This document shows positions 6,442 through 15,332 of a stretch of DNA of 64,000 bases, one piece after another (positions within the stretch are counted from its first letter, which is position 1; each line of letters begins with the position of its first letter). A program made the translations under genes and the position numbers. A model generated the notes under the pieces. The model made no database searches and was not told the origin of the DNA. It saw only the letters and a list, made by a program, of their open reading frames with translations. Source of the stretch: Microthrixaceae bacterium (GTDB lineage Bacteria; Actinomycetota; Acidimicrobiia; Acidimicrobiales; Microtrichaceae); the NCBI GenBank assembly GCA_049647585.1, contig JBARXY010000008.1, positions 2,024 through 66,023 on the forward strand, in the 5' to 3' direction.

Positions 6442-9027
6442 ATGGCACTTTCTGAGGACCTGATAGACATCGAAACCATTGAAGACCTGGCGGGGCAGAG
6501 CCCGTCCGGGTCGGTCGCAGACCCGGTGGTCATCGGCGATGAGTCCGAGGACGGCGACATCGGCATGCGGGTCCGAAAGCGTGACGGCAGCCTCGAACTC
6601 GTTGACCTGAACAAGATCGTCAGGGCCGTAGCCCGCTGCAGCGCCGGACTCGACCACGTCGACGCGATGCGTGTCGCCACCCGGACCATCTCGGGCCTGG
6701 TTGATGGCGCCACGACCGAGGACCTCGACAACCTCTCGATCCGCACAGCAGCGTCGCTCATCGCCGAAGAGCCGAATTATTCACGTCTCGCCGCACGGCT
6801 GTTGGCGACCGTGATCGACAAGGAGGTCCAGAACCAGGACATCTACTCCTTCTCACAGTCAGTCGCCGCCGGCCACGAACAGGGCATCATCGGTGACGAC
6901 ACCGCAGCCATGGTCGTCACCCACGCGCGCAAGCTCAACGACGCCATCCTGTCCGAGCGCAACTGGCTCTATGAGTTCTTCGGGCTCCGCACGGTCTATG
7001 ACCGTTATCTGCTGCGTCACCCCGAGACACGTCAGGTACTCGAGACGCCCCAGTACTTCCTGATGCGTGTTGCCTGCGGGCTCGCGACTTCGCCGGAAGA
7101 GGCGATCGAGTTCTACACACTCATCTCGTCGCTCGACTACCTGCCCTCGTCGCCGACGCTGTTCAACTCGGGTACTTCGCATCCGCAGATGTCGAGCTGC
7201 TATCTGCTCGACTCACCAGAGGACAACCTGGACGCGATCTATGACCGCTACCGCGACGTCGCCCGCCTGTCGAAGCACGCCGGCGGCATCGGCCTCTCCT
7301 ACAGCCGAATCCGGTCGCGTGATTCGCTGATCCGCGGGACCAACGGGCTCTCCAACGGCATCGTCCCGTGGCTCAAGACGCTCGACTCCTCGGTCGCAGC
7401 GGTCAATCAGGGAGGACGGCGCAAGGGAGCTGCGTGTGTGTACCTGGAGTCATGGCACGCAGACATCGAAGCGTTCCTCGACCTCAAGGAGAACACGGGC
7501 GACAGCGCCCGTCGCACCCACAACCTGAATATCGCCAACTGGGTTCCGGACCTGTTCATGGAACGTGTCGAACAGGATTGGCAGTGGTCGCTGTTCGACC
7601 CGAAGAAGGTTCCCCATCTGGTCGACCTATACGGCGACGATTTCCGCAAGGCCTACATGCAGGCAGAGAGCGAGGGGCTCTACGAGTCACAGATCTCGGC
7701 CCGTCAGCTCTACAGCCGCATGATGCGCTCACTCGCCGAGACCGGCAACGGATGGATGACCTTCAAGGACTCCTCCAACAACAAGAGCAACCAGACCGGT
7801 GCAACGTCGGCTGATGGCACACCGAACGTCATCCACCTGTCCAACCTCTGCACCGAGATCCTCGAGGTGACCAACCAGTCTGAGACCGCCGTCTGCAACC
7901 TCGGCTCGGTCAACCTCGGTGCAATGGTCCAGCCCGACTCCGATGGAAACCTTGCCTTCGACTTCGACCGCCTGGCCGAGGTCGTCAAGCTGGCGGTTCC
8001 GTTCCTGGACCGGGTGGTGGACATCAACTTCTATCCGACCGACGAGTCTGGCAACTCCAACGCCAAGTGGCGTCCGGTCGGACTCGGGATCATGGGTCTG
8101 CAGGACGTCTTCTTCAAGCTGCGGATGCCCTTCGACTCCGACGCCGCCCGTGCGCTGTCGACCCGGATCTCCGAGGAGATCTACTTCAACTCACTCACCG
8201 CATCGAACGAACTGGCCCAGGTTCACGGAACTCACGGCGGCTGGGACGAGACACGTGCCGCCAAGGGCGACCTGCAGTTCGATCTGTGGGGTGTCACTCC
8301 GAGTGATCCGGCCCGGTGGGCGGATCTCCGCAAGAAGATCGCCAAGAGCGGACTTCGCAACTCGCTGATGATCGCGATTGCGCCGACTGCGACGATCGCC
8401 TCGATCGCCGGCTGCTACGAGTGCATCGAGCCGCAGGTTTCGAACCTGTTCAAGAGAGAGACACTCTCGGGCGAGTTCCTCCAGATCAACTCGTACCTCG
8501 TTCGCGAACTGCAGGCCCTGGGCCTCTGGACCGAACCGACCATGGCTGCCATCAAGCGTGCCGAAGGGTCGGTCCAGGACATCGAGGAGATTCCCGAGGA
8601 CATCCGCGAGCTGTTCCGGACCACCTGGGAGATCCCGATGCGCTCCCTCATCGACATGGCGGCCGACCGTGGGGCCTATATCGACCAGTCCCAGTCGCTG
8701 AACCTGTTCATGGAGTCACCCACCATCGGGAAGCTCTCGTCGATGTACATGTACGCCTGGAAGAGGGGCATCAAGACCACCTACTACCTGCGTTCCCGCC
8801 CGGCGACCCGGATCAACAAGACGACCGGTGGAGCGGGTGGATCGGGCGGAACATCCGGACCGAACGGGGGGGTGCCGGCGACTCCGCTGCCACACCGTGC
8901 GGAATCCGTGGACGCAGCTGCCCAGACGGATGCGCCCGAAGAGATTCCCGAAGCCGCGACGTACAGCGACGAAGAGGCACTGGCCTGCTCCCTCGAGAAC
9001 CCCGAGTCCTGCGAAGCCTGCCAGTAG
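6442..9027 (+). CDS. nrdA: ribonucleoside-diphosphate reductase, alpha subunit (class I, with ATP-cone)
   Basis: ATP-cone MRVRKRDGSLELVDLNKIVRAV. Catalytic region motifs include NLCTEI and SNLF. The C-terminal redox cysteines are CSLENPESCEACQ. The ORF is open from 6355, but ATGs at 6355 and 6373 overlap or abut the second NrdR box. ATG 6442 has GAGAGGA upstream, so the start is uncertain. Confidence 0.93.
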   Translation: MALSEDLIDIETIEDLAGQSPSGSVADPVVIGDESEDGDIGMRVRKRDGSLELVDLNKIVRAVARCSAGLDHVDAMRVATRTISGLVDGATTEDLDNLSIRTAASLIAEEPNYSRLAARLLATVIDKEVQNQDIYSFSQSVAAGHEQGIIGDDTAAMVVTHARKLNDAILSERNWLYEFFGLRTVYDRYLLRHPETRQVLETPQYFLMRVACGLATSPEEAIEFYTLISSLDYLPSSPTLFNSGTSHPQMSSCYLLDSPEDNLDAIYDRYRDVARLSKHAGGIGLSYSRIRSRDSLIRGTNGLSNGIVPWLKTLDSSVAAVNQGGRRKGAACVYLESWHADIEAFLDLKENTGDSARRTHNLNIANWVPDLFMERVEQDWQWSLFDPKKVPHLVDLYGDDFRKAYMQAESEGLYESQISARQLYSRMMRSLAETGNGWMTFKDSSNNKSNQTGATSADGTPNVIHLSNLCTEILEVTNQSETAVCNLGSVNLGAMVQPDSDGNLAFDFDRLAEVVKLAVPFLDRVVDINFYPTDESGNSNAKWRPVGLGIMGLQDVFFKLRMPFDSDAARALSTRISEEIYFNSLTASNELAQVHGTHGGWDETRAAKGDLQFDLWGVTPSDPARWADLRKKIAKSGLRNSLMIAIAPTATIASIAGCYECIEPQVSNLFKRETLSGEFLQINSYLVRELQALGLWTEPTMAAIKRAEGSVQDIEEIPEDIRELFRTTWEIPMRSLIDMAADRGAYIDQSQSLNLFMESPTIGKLSSMYMYAWKRGIKTTYYLRSRPATRINKTTGGAGGSGGTSGPNGGVPATPLPHRAESVDAAAQTDAPEEIPEAATYSDEEALACSLENPESCEACQ

Positions 9028-9058
9028 CCGGACCCGGCGGACAGCAGTCTGCCCGTTC

Positions 9059-9123
9059 GGAAAGTTCAGCCGAGAAGTTCAGTCGAAAAGTTCAGGCGGA
9101 AAGTTTAGTCAAAGAAGTCGCGG
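9059..9123 (+). repeat. 13-bp tandem repeat array (about 5 units) in the nrdA-nrdB spacer
   Basis: Consecutive 13-nt units: GGAAAGTTCAGCC, GAGAAGTTCAGTC, GAAAAGTTCAGGC, GGAAAGTTTAGTC, AAAGAAGTCGCGG. Confidence 0.85.
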
Positions 9124-9213
9124 TCCATCGGCCCGGCAACGGAAGCCCCGGCCATCGAAGGCCCGCAACAGAAGCTCTGAGTCGGGTACGGCTCACCCAG
9201 GAAGGAAGACCCC

Positions 9214-10293
9214 ATGGCACTTACCGAAGAAGCAGTCCAGTATCCGATCGCGACCCTCGAAACCGATATCGCCGTCATAGAGCAACCGGCGGGCAACATC
9301 TTGGACCCGGGTTTCAAGCTCACGCTGCGACCCATGAAGTACCCGCAGTTCTACGACATGTACCGCGACGCGATCCGCAACACATGGACCGTCGAAGAGG
9401 TCGACTTCTCCGACGACATCATCGACCTGCAGCGCAAACTCCTTCCAGCAGAGCGGCACATGATCAACCGTCTGGTGGCGTTCTTCGCCACCGGCGACTC
9501 GATCGTTTCCAACAACTTGGTGCTCAACCTCTACAGGCACATCAACACTCCCGAGGCGCGGATGTACCTGTCCCGCCAGCTGTATGAAGAGGCCCTGCAC
9601 GTCCAGTTCTACCTGACGTTGCTCGACACCTACCTGCCCGACATGGACGCGCGTGAAGAGGCGTTCAGCGCGATCGAGAACATCCCGTCGATCCGTCGCA
9701 AGGGTGAGTTCTGCTTCAAGTGGATCGACTCGATCAACAGTCTCGACGAGCTTCGCACCCGTGCCGATCGTAAGCAGTTCCTCCTGAACCTGATCTGCTT
9801 CGCCGCATGCATCGAAGGACTCTTCTTCTTCGGTGCGTTCGCGTATGTCTACTTCCTGCGCTCGAAGGGCCTTCTCAACGGACTGGCGTCGGGAACCAAC
9901 TGGGTCTTCCGCGACGAGAGCTGCCACATGAACTTTGCTTTCGCCGTAATCGAGCAGGTTCGCAACGAGGAGCCCGAACTCTTCGACGAGGAGCTGTTCG
10001 GCAATGTCACCTCGATGATCTCTGAAGCCGTGGAATGTGAGTACGCCTTCGCCGAGGATCTCCTCTCACAGGGAATCCCCGGGATGTCACTCACCGACAT
10101 GCGGGAGTACCTGCAGTTCGTGGCGGACCAGAGGCTGTCGATGCTGGGGCTCAACAAGATCTACGGATCGAAGAACCCGTTCGGCTTCATGGAACTGCAG
10201 GACGTCCAAGAGCTGACGAACTTCTTTGAGCGCACGGTGTCGTCGTACCAGACCGGGGTCGGGGGCGACTTCGCCCTGGACGACGACTTCTGA
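9214..10293 (+). CDS. nrdB: ribonucleoside-diphosphate reductase, beta subunit
   Basis: Di-metal ligand motifs are FFATGDSIV, YEEALHVQFY (Tyr at the His+4 radical position), CIEGLFFF and RDESCHMNF. The C-terminus is an acidic tail ending ALDDDF. Confidence 0.95.
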   Translation: MALTEEAVQYPIATLETDIAVIEQPAGNILDPGFKLTLRPMKYPQFYDMYRDAIRNTWTVEEVDFSDDIIDLQRKLLPAERHMINRLVAFFATGDSIVSNNLVLNLYRHINTPEARMYLSRQLYEEALHVQFYLTLLDTYLPDMDAREEAFSAIENIPSIRRKGEFCFKWIDSINSLDELRTRADRKQFLLNLICFAACIEGLFFFGAFAYVYFLRSKGLLNGLASGTNWVFRDESCHMNFAFAVIEQVRNEEPELFDEELFGNVTSMISEAVECEYAFAEDLLSQGIPGMSLTDMREYLQFVADQRLSMLGLNKIYGSKNPFGFMELQDVQELTNFFERTVSSYQTGVGGDFALDDDF

Positions 10294-10357
10294 GTTCGGG
10301 CCAGGGGCTCACCGGGCGGCAGCGCGGGGGTGGCTCCGGAGTCCGAATGGATGTGCG

Positions 10358-10398
10358 GTTCTGGCTGTCGTTCAGATACCAATAGGTATCTGAACGAC
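10358..10398. repeat. 41-bp palindromic intergenic element, copy A (possible bidirectional terminator)
   Basis: Sequence GTTCTGGCTGTCGTTCAGATACCAATAGGTATCTGAACGAC. A perfect 14-bp inverted repeat (10367-10380 / 10385-10398) surrounds an AATA loop. It lies between the convergent nrdB and oxidoreductase genes. A second copy is at 21097-21137. Confidence 0.8.
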
Positions 10399-10422
10399 AT
10401 CCAAGTCGGGCGCAGGGCGCAG

Positions 10423-10495
10423 GGTGCGGGGTCAGGGTGCAGGGTCAGGTCAGCTGCGCCAAGGTGCGGGGCCAGGGTGAGGTCAGCTGCGCCAA
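10423..10495. repeat. tandem duplication (about 33-40 bp units) spanning the 3' end of the oxidoreductase gene
   Basis: GGTGCGGGGTCAGGGTGCAGGGTCAGGTCAGCTGCGCCAA is followed by GGTGCGGGGCCAGGGTGAGGTCAGCTGCGCCAA. The second unit contains the stop codon (10483-10485) and the last codons of the gene. Confidence 0.8.
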
Positions 10496-11580
10496 TGGCT
10501 GATGGGCAACGCCGTGCGGTCGCCGGTGAAGGGCAACGACACCTCGGTTCCAGCCGCGCCCGCGGACGCGTAGCCCGCATATATGACCTCGAGGACATCG
10601 CGGGCCGCGCCTGCACTCTGACCGCGGCCGTGGTCCTCGTCTGACACCAGGTCGAGCAACTGGTCCACATATCCCATCGATTCGATCCTCGGGTCCGGTG
10701 GCTGGTGTCGATGCGGTATCGCCACAGCGTCGCCGTTGAACTCCAAGGACAGCTCCGGTACGAGTTCGATTCGCAGAACACCGGAATCGCTCGCTGCTTG
10801 GACGCCCCAGTACGGGTCCTGGGCGGTCCAGCTGACCGCTAGTTCGGCGACGAGCCCCGAGGCGAACCGGAGCTTTAGTTCGGCTCGGTCGTCGGCACCG
10901 TCGGGGCGGCCGGAGCTCAATTCGGCGCTCACCCCGATCGGGTTCGCACCGGCCAGACCCAGCGCCATGGCAATGGGGTGGGGACCCAGGTCGAAGAGCA
11001 CCCCTCCGTTCTTCAGCGGCTCAGTGAAGTGCCCCCAGTCAGGTGGCGGCTGAACGGTCTGAAGGGAGAGGTGTCCCAATGGCCCCAAGCTGGGCAGCAG
11101 TTCCATCGCCTTGACCCAGAGCGGGGAGTGGAGCAGGTTCTCGGCGCACATGAGACGTCGCCCGGAGTCGGCCGGGGTAGCCCGCTCAGCCCGATTCTCG
11201 CCCTGGCGAGGCCCCGGGATGTTGTCGAGAGCCGCGATCAGTGTGTCGGCTTCGGCAAGGGTCGAGGTGAAGGGCTTCTCGACCAACACGGTCGCGCCGG
11301 CCTCGAGCCCGGCCAGCGCCAGTGCCAGGTGGCCGTCCGGTGGAGTCGCGACGATTAGTACGTCGGCGCCGGCCGGTAGGGCATCGACGGCCACCTTGCG
11401 GGCATCGAGTTGGCCTGCGAGGTGACGAGCGGATGTGCCCCCCTTGGAAGCGACAGCCGTGACCTTCATTCCGGCCGACTGCGCCGCCAGTGAATGGACC
11501 ACGGCGACGTACCCCGCACCGGCAAGTGCGACCTTCGTCTGGGAACGGCGGAGACCCCGGCCGAATCTTCTGTTGCTCAC
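10483..11580 (-). CDS. Gfo/Idh/MocA family oxidoreductase
   Basis: The N-terminal Rossmann region reads KVALAGAGYVAVVHS...DVLIVATPPDGHLALALAGLEAGATVLVEKPF. A GTG at 11580 is the likely start. The longer ORF reaching 11907 overlaps the PBP gene and is rejected. Confidence 0.8.
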   Translation of the reverse strand: MSNRRFGRGLRRSQTKVALAGAGYVAVVHSLAAQSAGMKVTAVASKGGTSARHLAGQLDARKVAVDALPAGADVLIVATPPDGHLALALAGLEAGATVLVEKPFTSTLAEADTLIAALDNIPGPRQGENRAERATPADSGRRLMCAENLLHSPLWVKAMELLPSLGPLGHLSLQTVQPPPDWGHFTEPLKNGGVLFDLGPHPIAMALGLAGANPIGVSAELSSGRPDGADDRAELKLRFASGLVAELAVSWTAQDPYWGVQAASDSGVLRIELVPELSLEFNGDAVAIPHRHQPPDPRIESMGYVDQLLDLVSDEDHGRGQSAGAARDVLEVIYAGYASAGAAGTEVSLPFTGDRTALPISHWRS

Positions 11581-11718
11581 TGGGCGACTCCCTCGGGCTG
11601 CGGGTTCGGCACAGCCTGCCCGGGGGATCCCGTGCCGACTAAATCTGTGGAGGCCGCAAGTAACATACGATCGCGGGCCGCCACGAGTTACTTCTCGCGT
11701 GGCGTCGGCACCACAGCC

Positions 11719-13926
11719 ATGTTGCGACCTACCAGACTGATTCTCCGATTCTGTGCAATTCTCGCCGTCGGGTCGATCCTTTTTGCGATCCTCGGGACCA
11801 GATTGATTCCCGAGATCGGCGCCATGGGCGACGGGATGAAGTTCAACACATCGAGGAAGATCGCCCTTCCGGAGCTTGTCGAGGGCAGCACGGTGTTGGA
11901 CATGCACGGCGAGCCGATGGGCAAACTCGTGGGGGCCGAGAACCGAATAGTGGTTCCGCTGAGCGATATTTCCGACGAGATGCGGTCGACCGTTCTAGCT
12001 GTCGAGGACGCGGACTTCTACAAACATCACGGCGTGAGCGCCAAGTCGATCCTGCGGGCCCTGCAGGCCAACAGCGACAAGGGTTCTGTGGCCCAGGGTG
12101 GTTCGACGATCACCCAGCAGTTGGTGAAGCTGTCGATCGTTGGCGACGAGGAGAGCATGGCCAGAAAGATCAAAGAGGCGAGCCTCGCGATCCAGCTCGA
12201 GGACCAGGTGTGCGAAAAGGTCAAGCGGCGTATCTGCAAGAACCAGATCCTCGGCCAGTATCTCAACACCGTCTACCTGGGACGAGGCGCATATGGGGTG
12301 GAGGCCGCTGCAAGGCTCTACTTCGGAGTGTCTGCCTCCGAGCTCGACTGGGGCCAGTCAGCGGTCCTCACCTCTCTGATCCGCAATCCGAACGGCTATG
12401 ACCCAATCCGCTTTCCCGACGTCGCCGAGCGTCGACGCGAGGTGGTCGTGGGGCGAATGCTCGAAACGGGTCTCATCACAGATTCCGAAGCCGAGCTGAT
12501 CAAACTGTCGCCGCTGCCGAGAGAGGTTCACTCGACGCCTTCGTCGAGTACGTCGGTTGATCTGTCGTATTACGAACGCAAGGTCCGCGACGAGCTGCTC
12601 GACGCAGAGTGGCTGGCTCCCAGCAAGGAGCTCCGTCGAAACCTGATCTTCAACGGTGGACTGACGATCACCTCGACCTATGAGCCTCGGGCCCAGTTCC
12701 TCGCCCAGATTGCATCCGATTCCAACCCGCTCAAAAAGGCCAACCCGGACACCGTTGCAGTGGTCGCCGTAGTGGAGCCCTCCACCGGCGCAGTGCGGGC
12801 AGTCATCGGCCAGAAGGAGATCGGTGATCGGGGACTTGTCGAGTTGGCCACTCCCTTGGTGGGGCGGAGCCCCGGTTCGTCCTTCAAGGCATTCACCCTT
12901 CTTGCGGCGCTCGAAGAGGGCTACTCCATCAAGGACTCGATCTCTGCATCTCCAGCGCCGCGGTCGCTCTACAAGAAGTGGGGCATCAAGGCATCCACCT
13001 GGCCATCGGAGTGTCGTGGCGGACATGTCACGCTTGCCAAGGCGACCGCATCGTCGAACAACTGTGCGTTCGTGCGTCTTCAACAGGTCGTGGGCGGTGC
13101 CAAGGTCGTGGACATTGCCAGGCGTCTGGGAATCAGGACGATCCCCGACGAAGCGGCCAACTACCCGTCGCTGACGTTGGGCGGAACGACAGTGCGACCA
13201 CTCGAAATGGCCGGCGCTTATGCGGCTATCGCAAACGACGGTGTCTTCAACCCGCCGCATTTCGTTTCCAAGGTCACCGACCGCGAAGGCAAGGTCCTAT
13301 TCGAGTACAAGCCTTCCACGACCCAGGCGATCCCCGTCGAGGTGGCACGACAGGCGACGGTCGCCCTCGAGGGGGTAGTGACAGGCGGTACCTATGCCGG
13401 TGGAAGGCTTCCCAACCGTCAGCCCGCGGCCGGCAAGACCGGAACCAACGAGGCCGAGGGCGGGGGCAACACCGATGTCTGGTTCATCGGCTTCACCCCA
13501 CAGATCGCGACCGCGGTATGGATCGGCGATCCGCTCGGGCAGATCGACATGAAAGGCGGCAGGGTCCAGGGTGGAACCATGGCGGGTCGGGTCTGGCGCA
13601 CGTTCATGGCGCCATACCTCGATGGCACCGAGACGGTGGACTTCACTCCGCCGCGCAAGGTGACAACCAGGGCCAAGTCCATTCCCGATCCTTGGAAGAG
13701 CTACGGCTCCACAAGCTCCAGGTCCAGGTCGTCCAGATCCAGGACGACCTCGAACAGCTCCAGAACCAGCACCACGGTGCCCAGCGAATCCCAGAGCGGC
13801 AGTAGCGGGAGTGGCAGTAGCGGGAGTGGCAGCGGTGATAGCGGTGGTGGAAGCGGCGCGACGGGCTCAACGCCTGGCTCCTCAGGTTCGGGATCGTCAC
13901 CATCGCCGACCACCGCAACACCCTGA
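11719..13926 (+). CDS. class A penicillin-binding protein (transglycosylase/transpeptidase)
   Basis: GT51 motifs are EDADFYKHHGV and GGSTITQQLVK. Transpeptidase motifs are SPGSSFK, SNN and KTGT. The N-terminus has a TM anchor after ATG 11719, and the C-terminus is a Ser/Gly-rich tail. Confidence 0.92.
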   Translation: MLRPTRLILRFCAILAVGSILFAILGTRLIPEIGAMGDGMKFNTSRKIALPELVEGSTVLDMHGEPMGKLVGAENRIVVPLSDISDEMRSTVLAVEDADFYKHHGVSAKSILRALQANSDKGSVAQGGSTITQQLVKLSIVGDEESMARKIKEASLAIQLEDQVCEKVKRRICKNQILGQYLNTVYLGRGAYGVEAAARLYFGVSASELDWGQSAVLTSLIRNPNGYDPIRFPDVAERRREVVVGRMLETGLITDSEAELIKLSPLPREVHSTPSSSTSVDLSYYERKVRDELLDAEWLAPSKELRRNLIFNGGLTITSTYEPRAQFLAQIASDSNPLKKANPDTVAVVAVVEPSTGAVRAVIGQKEIGDRGLVELATPLVGRSPGSSFKAFTLLAALEEGYSIKDSISASPAPRSLYKKWGIKASTWPSECRGGHVTLAKATASSNNCAFVRLQQVVGGAKVVDIARRLGIRTIPDEAANYPSLTLGGTTVRPLEMAGAYAAIANDGVFNPPHFVSKVTDREGKVLFEYKPSTTQAIPVEVARQATVALEGVVTGGTYAGGRLPNRQPAAGKTGTNEAEGGGNTDVWFIGFTPQIATAVWIGDPLGQIDMKGGRVQGGTMAGRVWRTFMAPYLDGTETVDFTPPRKVTTRAKSIPDPWKSYGSTSSRSRSSRSRTTSNSSRTSTTVPSESQSGSSGSGSSGSGSGDSGGGSGATGSTPGSSGSGSSPSPTTATP

Positions 13927-13961
13927 TGAGTGGCACCCCGGTCCGGCGGTAGGGTGCTCAG

Positions 13962-14675
13962 GTGACTGCACTCGCCGACCTGCTCGAAGTCCAGAAGCTG
14001 GATACCGAGGTGGACCAGCTCACCCACAAGCGACTGACACTCGAGGAGCGAAGCCTAAAGACCGCGGCCGAGACCCAGCTCGCCGAAGCCGTTGCCGTCC
14101 TCGCTGGATTGGAGAGCGAGCTCAAGGCGATCACCTCGGCCCAGAAGGAGGCCGAGGACCACGCATCACTCCTTGAGGACAAGGCGGCCGCGGTCGACAC
14201 CGCCCTCTACGACGGGTCCGTGACCTCTCACAAGGAACTTGAGGCACTTCAGTCCGAATTGGCGCAGCTCAAGGCGAATCAGAACGACTTCGAGGAGCGC
14301 GCACTTGCGTGCATGGAACAGGCTGAGCCTGTCATGGAGCAGATTGCAGCCCAGCAAGCGGTCATTGCCGGGATTGAGAATTCCATAACCGATCTGGGCG
14401 AGCGGATTGTTGTGGCCGAGGCCGAGATTGACACCCAGATCGCCGACATTGCTACCAACCGTGTAGCGGCTGTCGAAGCCGTCGACGAGGATCTACTAGT
14501 TGTGTACGCAAAGTTGCGTCACCTGCCCGGAGGTGTCGCCGTCGCCGAACTCGTCGGCGCGCGCTGCGGCGGATGCCATCTAGAGATCCCTTCGGGAGAG
14601 CTTGAAGCGATACGTCACGCCTCGGATCCGAAATCGGCCACCTGTCCCGAATGCGGATGCCTGCTCGTAGGCTGA
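13962..14675 (+). CDS. coiled-coil protein with C4 zinc ribbon (COG1579-like)
   Basis: The N-terminus is LLEVQKLDTEVDQL, followed by a long coiled coil and C-terminal CGGCHLEIP...CPECGCLLV. Confidence 0.8.
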   Translation: MTALADLLEVQKLDTEVDQLTHKRLTLEERSLKTAAETQLAEAVAVLAGLESELKAITSAQKEAEDHASLLEDKAAAVDTALYDGSVTSHKELEALQSELAQLKANQNDFEERALACMEQAEPVMEQIAAQQAVIAGIENSITDLGERIVVAEAEIDTQIADIATNRVAAVEAVDEDLLVVYAKLRHLPGGVAVAELVGARCGGCHLEIPSGELEAIRHASDPKSATCPECGCLLVG

Positions 14676-14689
14676 CGGCTTTGTCGCAG

Positions 14690-14824
14690 AGCATTGCTGA
14701 CCTAGGCAGTGCCGTGCTGATCTGGTTCGCCATGGTGTCGGCCGTGCTGATCTGGGCAGTGCCGTGTTGATCTGGGCAGTGCCGTGCTGATCTGGTTCGC
14801 AACGTTGTCGGTGGTGCTGACCTG
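14690..14824 (+). repeat. tandem duplication of the 5' end of the downstream membrane-protein gene
   Basis: The unit is GGCAGTGCCGTGCTGATCTG plus GTTCGC..GTGCTGA.CTG. It occurs at 14705-14754 and again at 14775-14824, with an extra 20-bp half-unit at 14755-14774. Confidence 0.85.
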
Positions 14825-15281
14825 GGCTGTTTTCCAGAGCCCGGCACTCGACTATCGCCTTGTGGCACTCGGTTCGGTCATCCCGATTCTGGAGATGCCG
14901 TTCGGAGCAGGACCGCTGCATTCGCTCAGTGCCCCCACGGTGGTGCTGGCGTTGACGATGCTCCTGACCCAGAAGCGCCGGCTTATCAGACGACGTTGGC
15001 TCGGCATCTCGATCGGTATGTACCTGCATCTGGTGCTCGACGCAGCATTCACCCTCTCCCAGAGTTTCTGGTGGCCGTTCCTCGGCTTCGGGTTCTCCGA
15101 GGGCCGAGCACCCGAACTGGGCCGGGGTTGGATGACAATCGCCATGGAGGTCTTGGGCCTGGGTGTGGGCATGTGGGCCTATGGCCGGTTTGGGCTCGAC
15201 GACCCGGAGCGTCGGCGAGTTTTCTTGAGAACCGGCCAGCTTGATCGACAGATCATGGGGGAGACGGAACGAGGCTGTTGA
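14784..15281 (+). CDS. membrane protein, YdjM/DUF457-like metal-dependent hydrolase (tentative)
   Basis: Multiple TM segments. GPLHSL and GMYLHLVLDAAF...WWPF resemble the DUF457 His/Asp motifs. GTG start. Confidence 0.55.
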   Translation: MLIWFATLSVVLTWAVFQSPALDYRLVALGSVIPILEMPFGAGPLHSLSAPTVVLALTMLLTQKRRLIRRRWLGISIGMYLHLVLDAAFTLSQSFWWPFLGFGFSEGRAPELGRGWMTIAMEVLGLGVGMWAYGRFGLDDPERRRVFLRTGQLDRQIMGETERGC

Positions 15282-15332
15282 GGTCAACTGAGGTCAACAC
15301 AGTGACGGAAATCCGCTTCGAGATTCACCGGA

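Noticed and set aside
9059-9123. Whether any of the tandem repeat arrays (9059, 14690, 22311, 22862, 41210, 58756) is a CRISPR array
   Set aside because: The units are 13-34 bp and directly abutting, with no unique spacers, and no cas genes are in the window. They are simple tandem repeats.
9214-10293. Class Ic (radical-less, Mn/Fe) NrdB
   Set aside because: The residue at the His+4 position of the EEALH motif is Tyr (HVQFY) and the first ligand is Asp (TGDSIV). This fits a tyrosyl-radical class Ia/Ib-type subunit rather than class Ic.
11581-11907. N-terminal extension of the oxidoreductase ORF, and the 11494-11718 extension of the PBP ORF
   Set aside because: The two extensions overlap each other and lack motifs. 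The Rossmann fold begins just after GTG 11580, and the PBP TM anchor just after ATG 11719.
12358-13260. 300-aa minus-strand ORF inside the PBP gene
   Set aside because: It is an antisense shadow. The PBP SxxK, SxN and KTG motifs lie on the plus strand.
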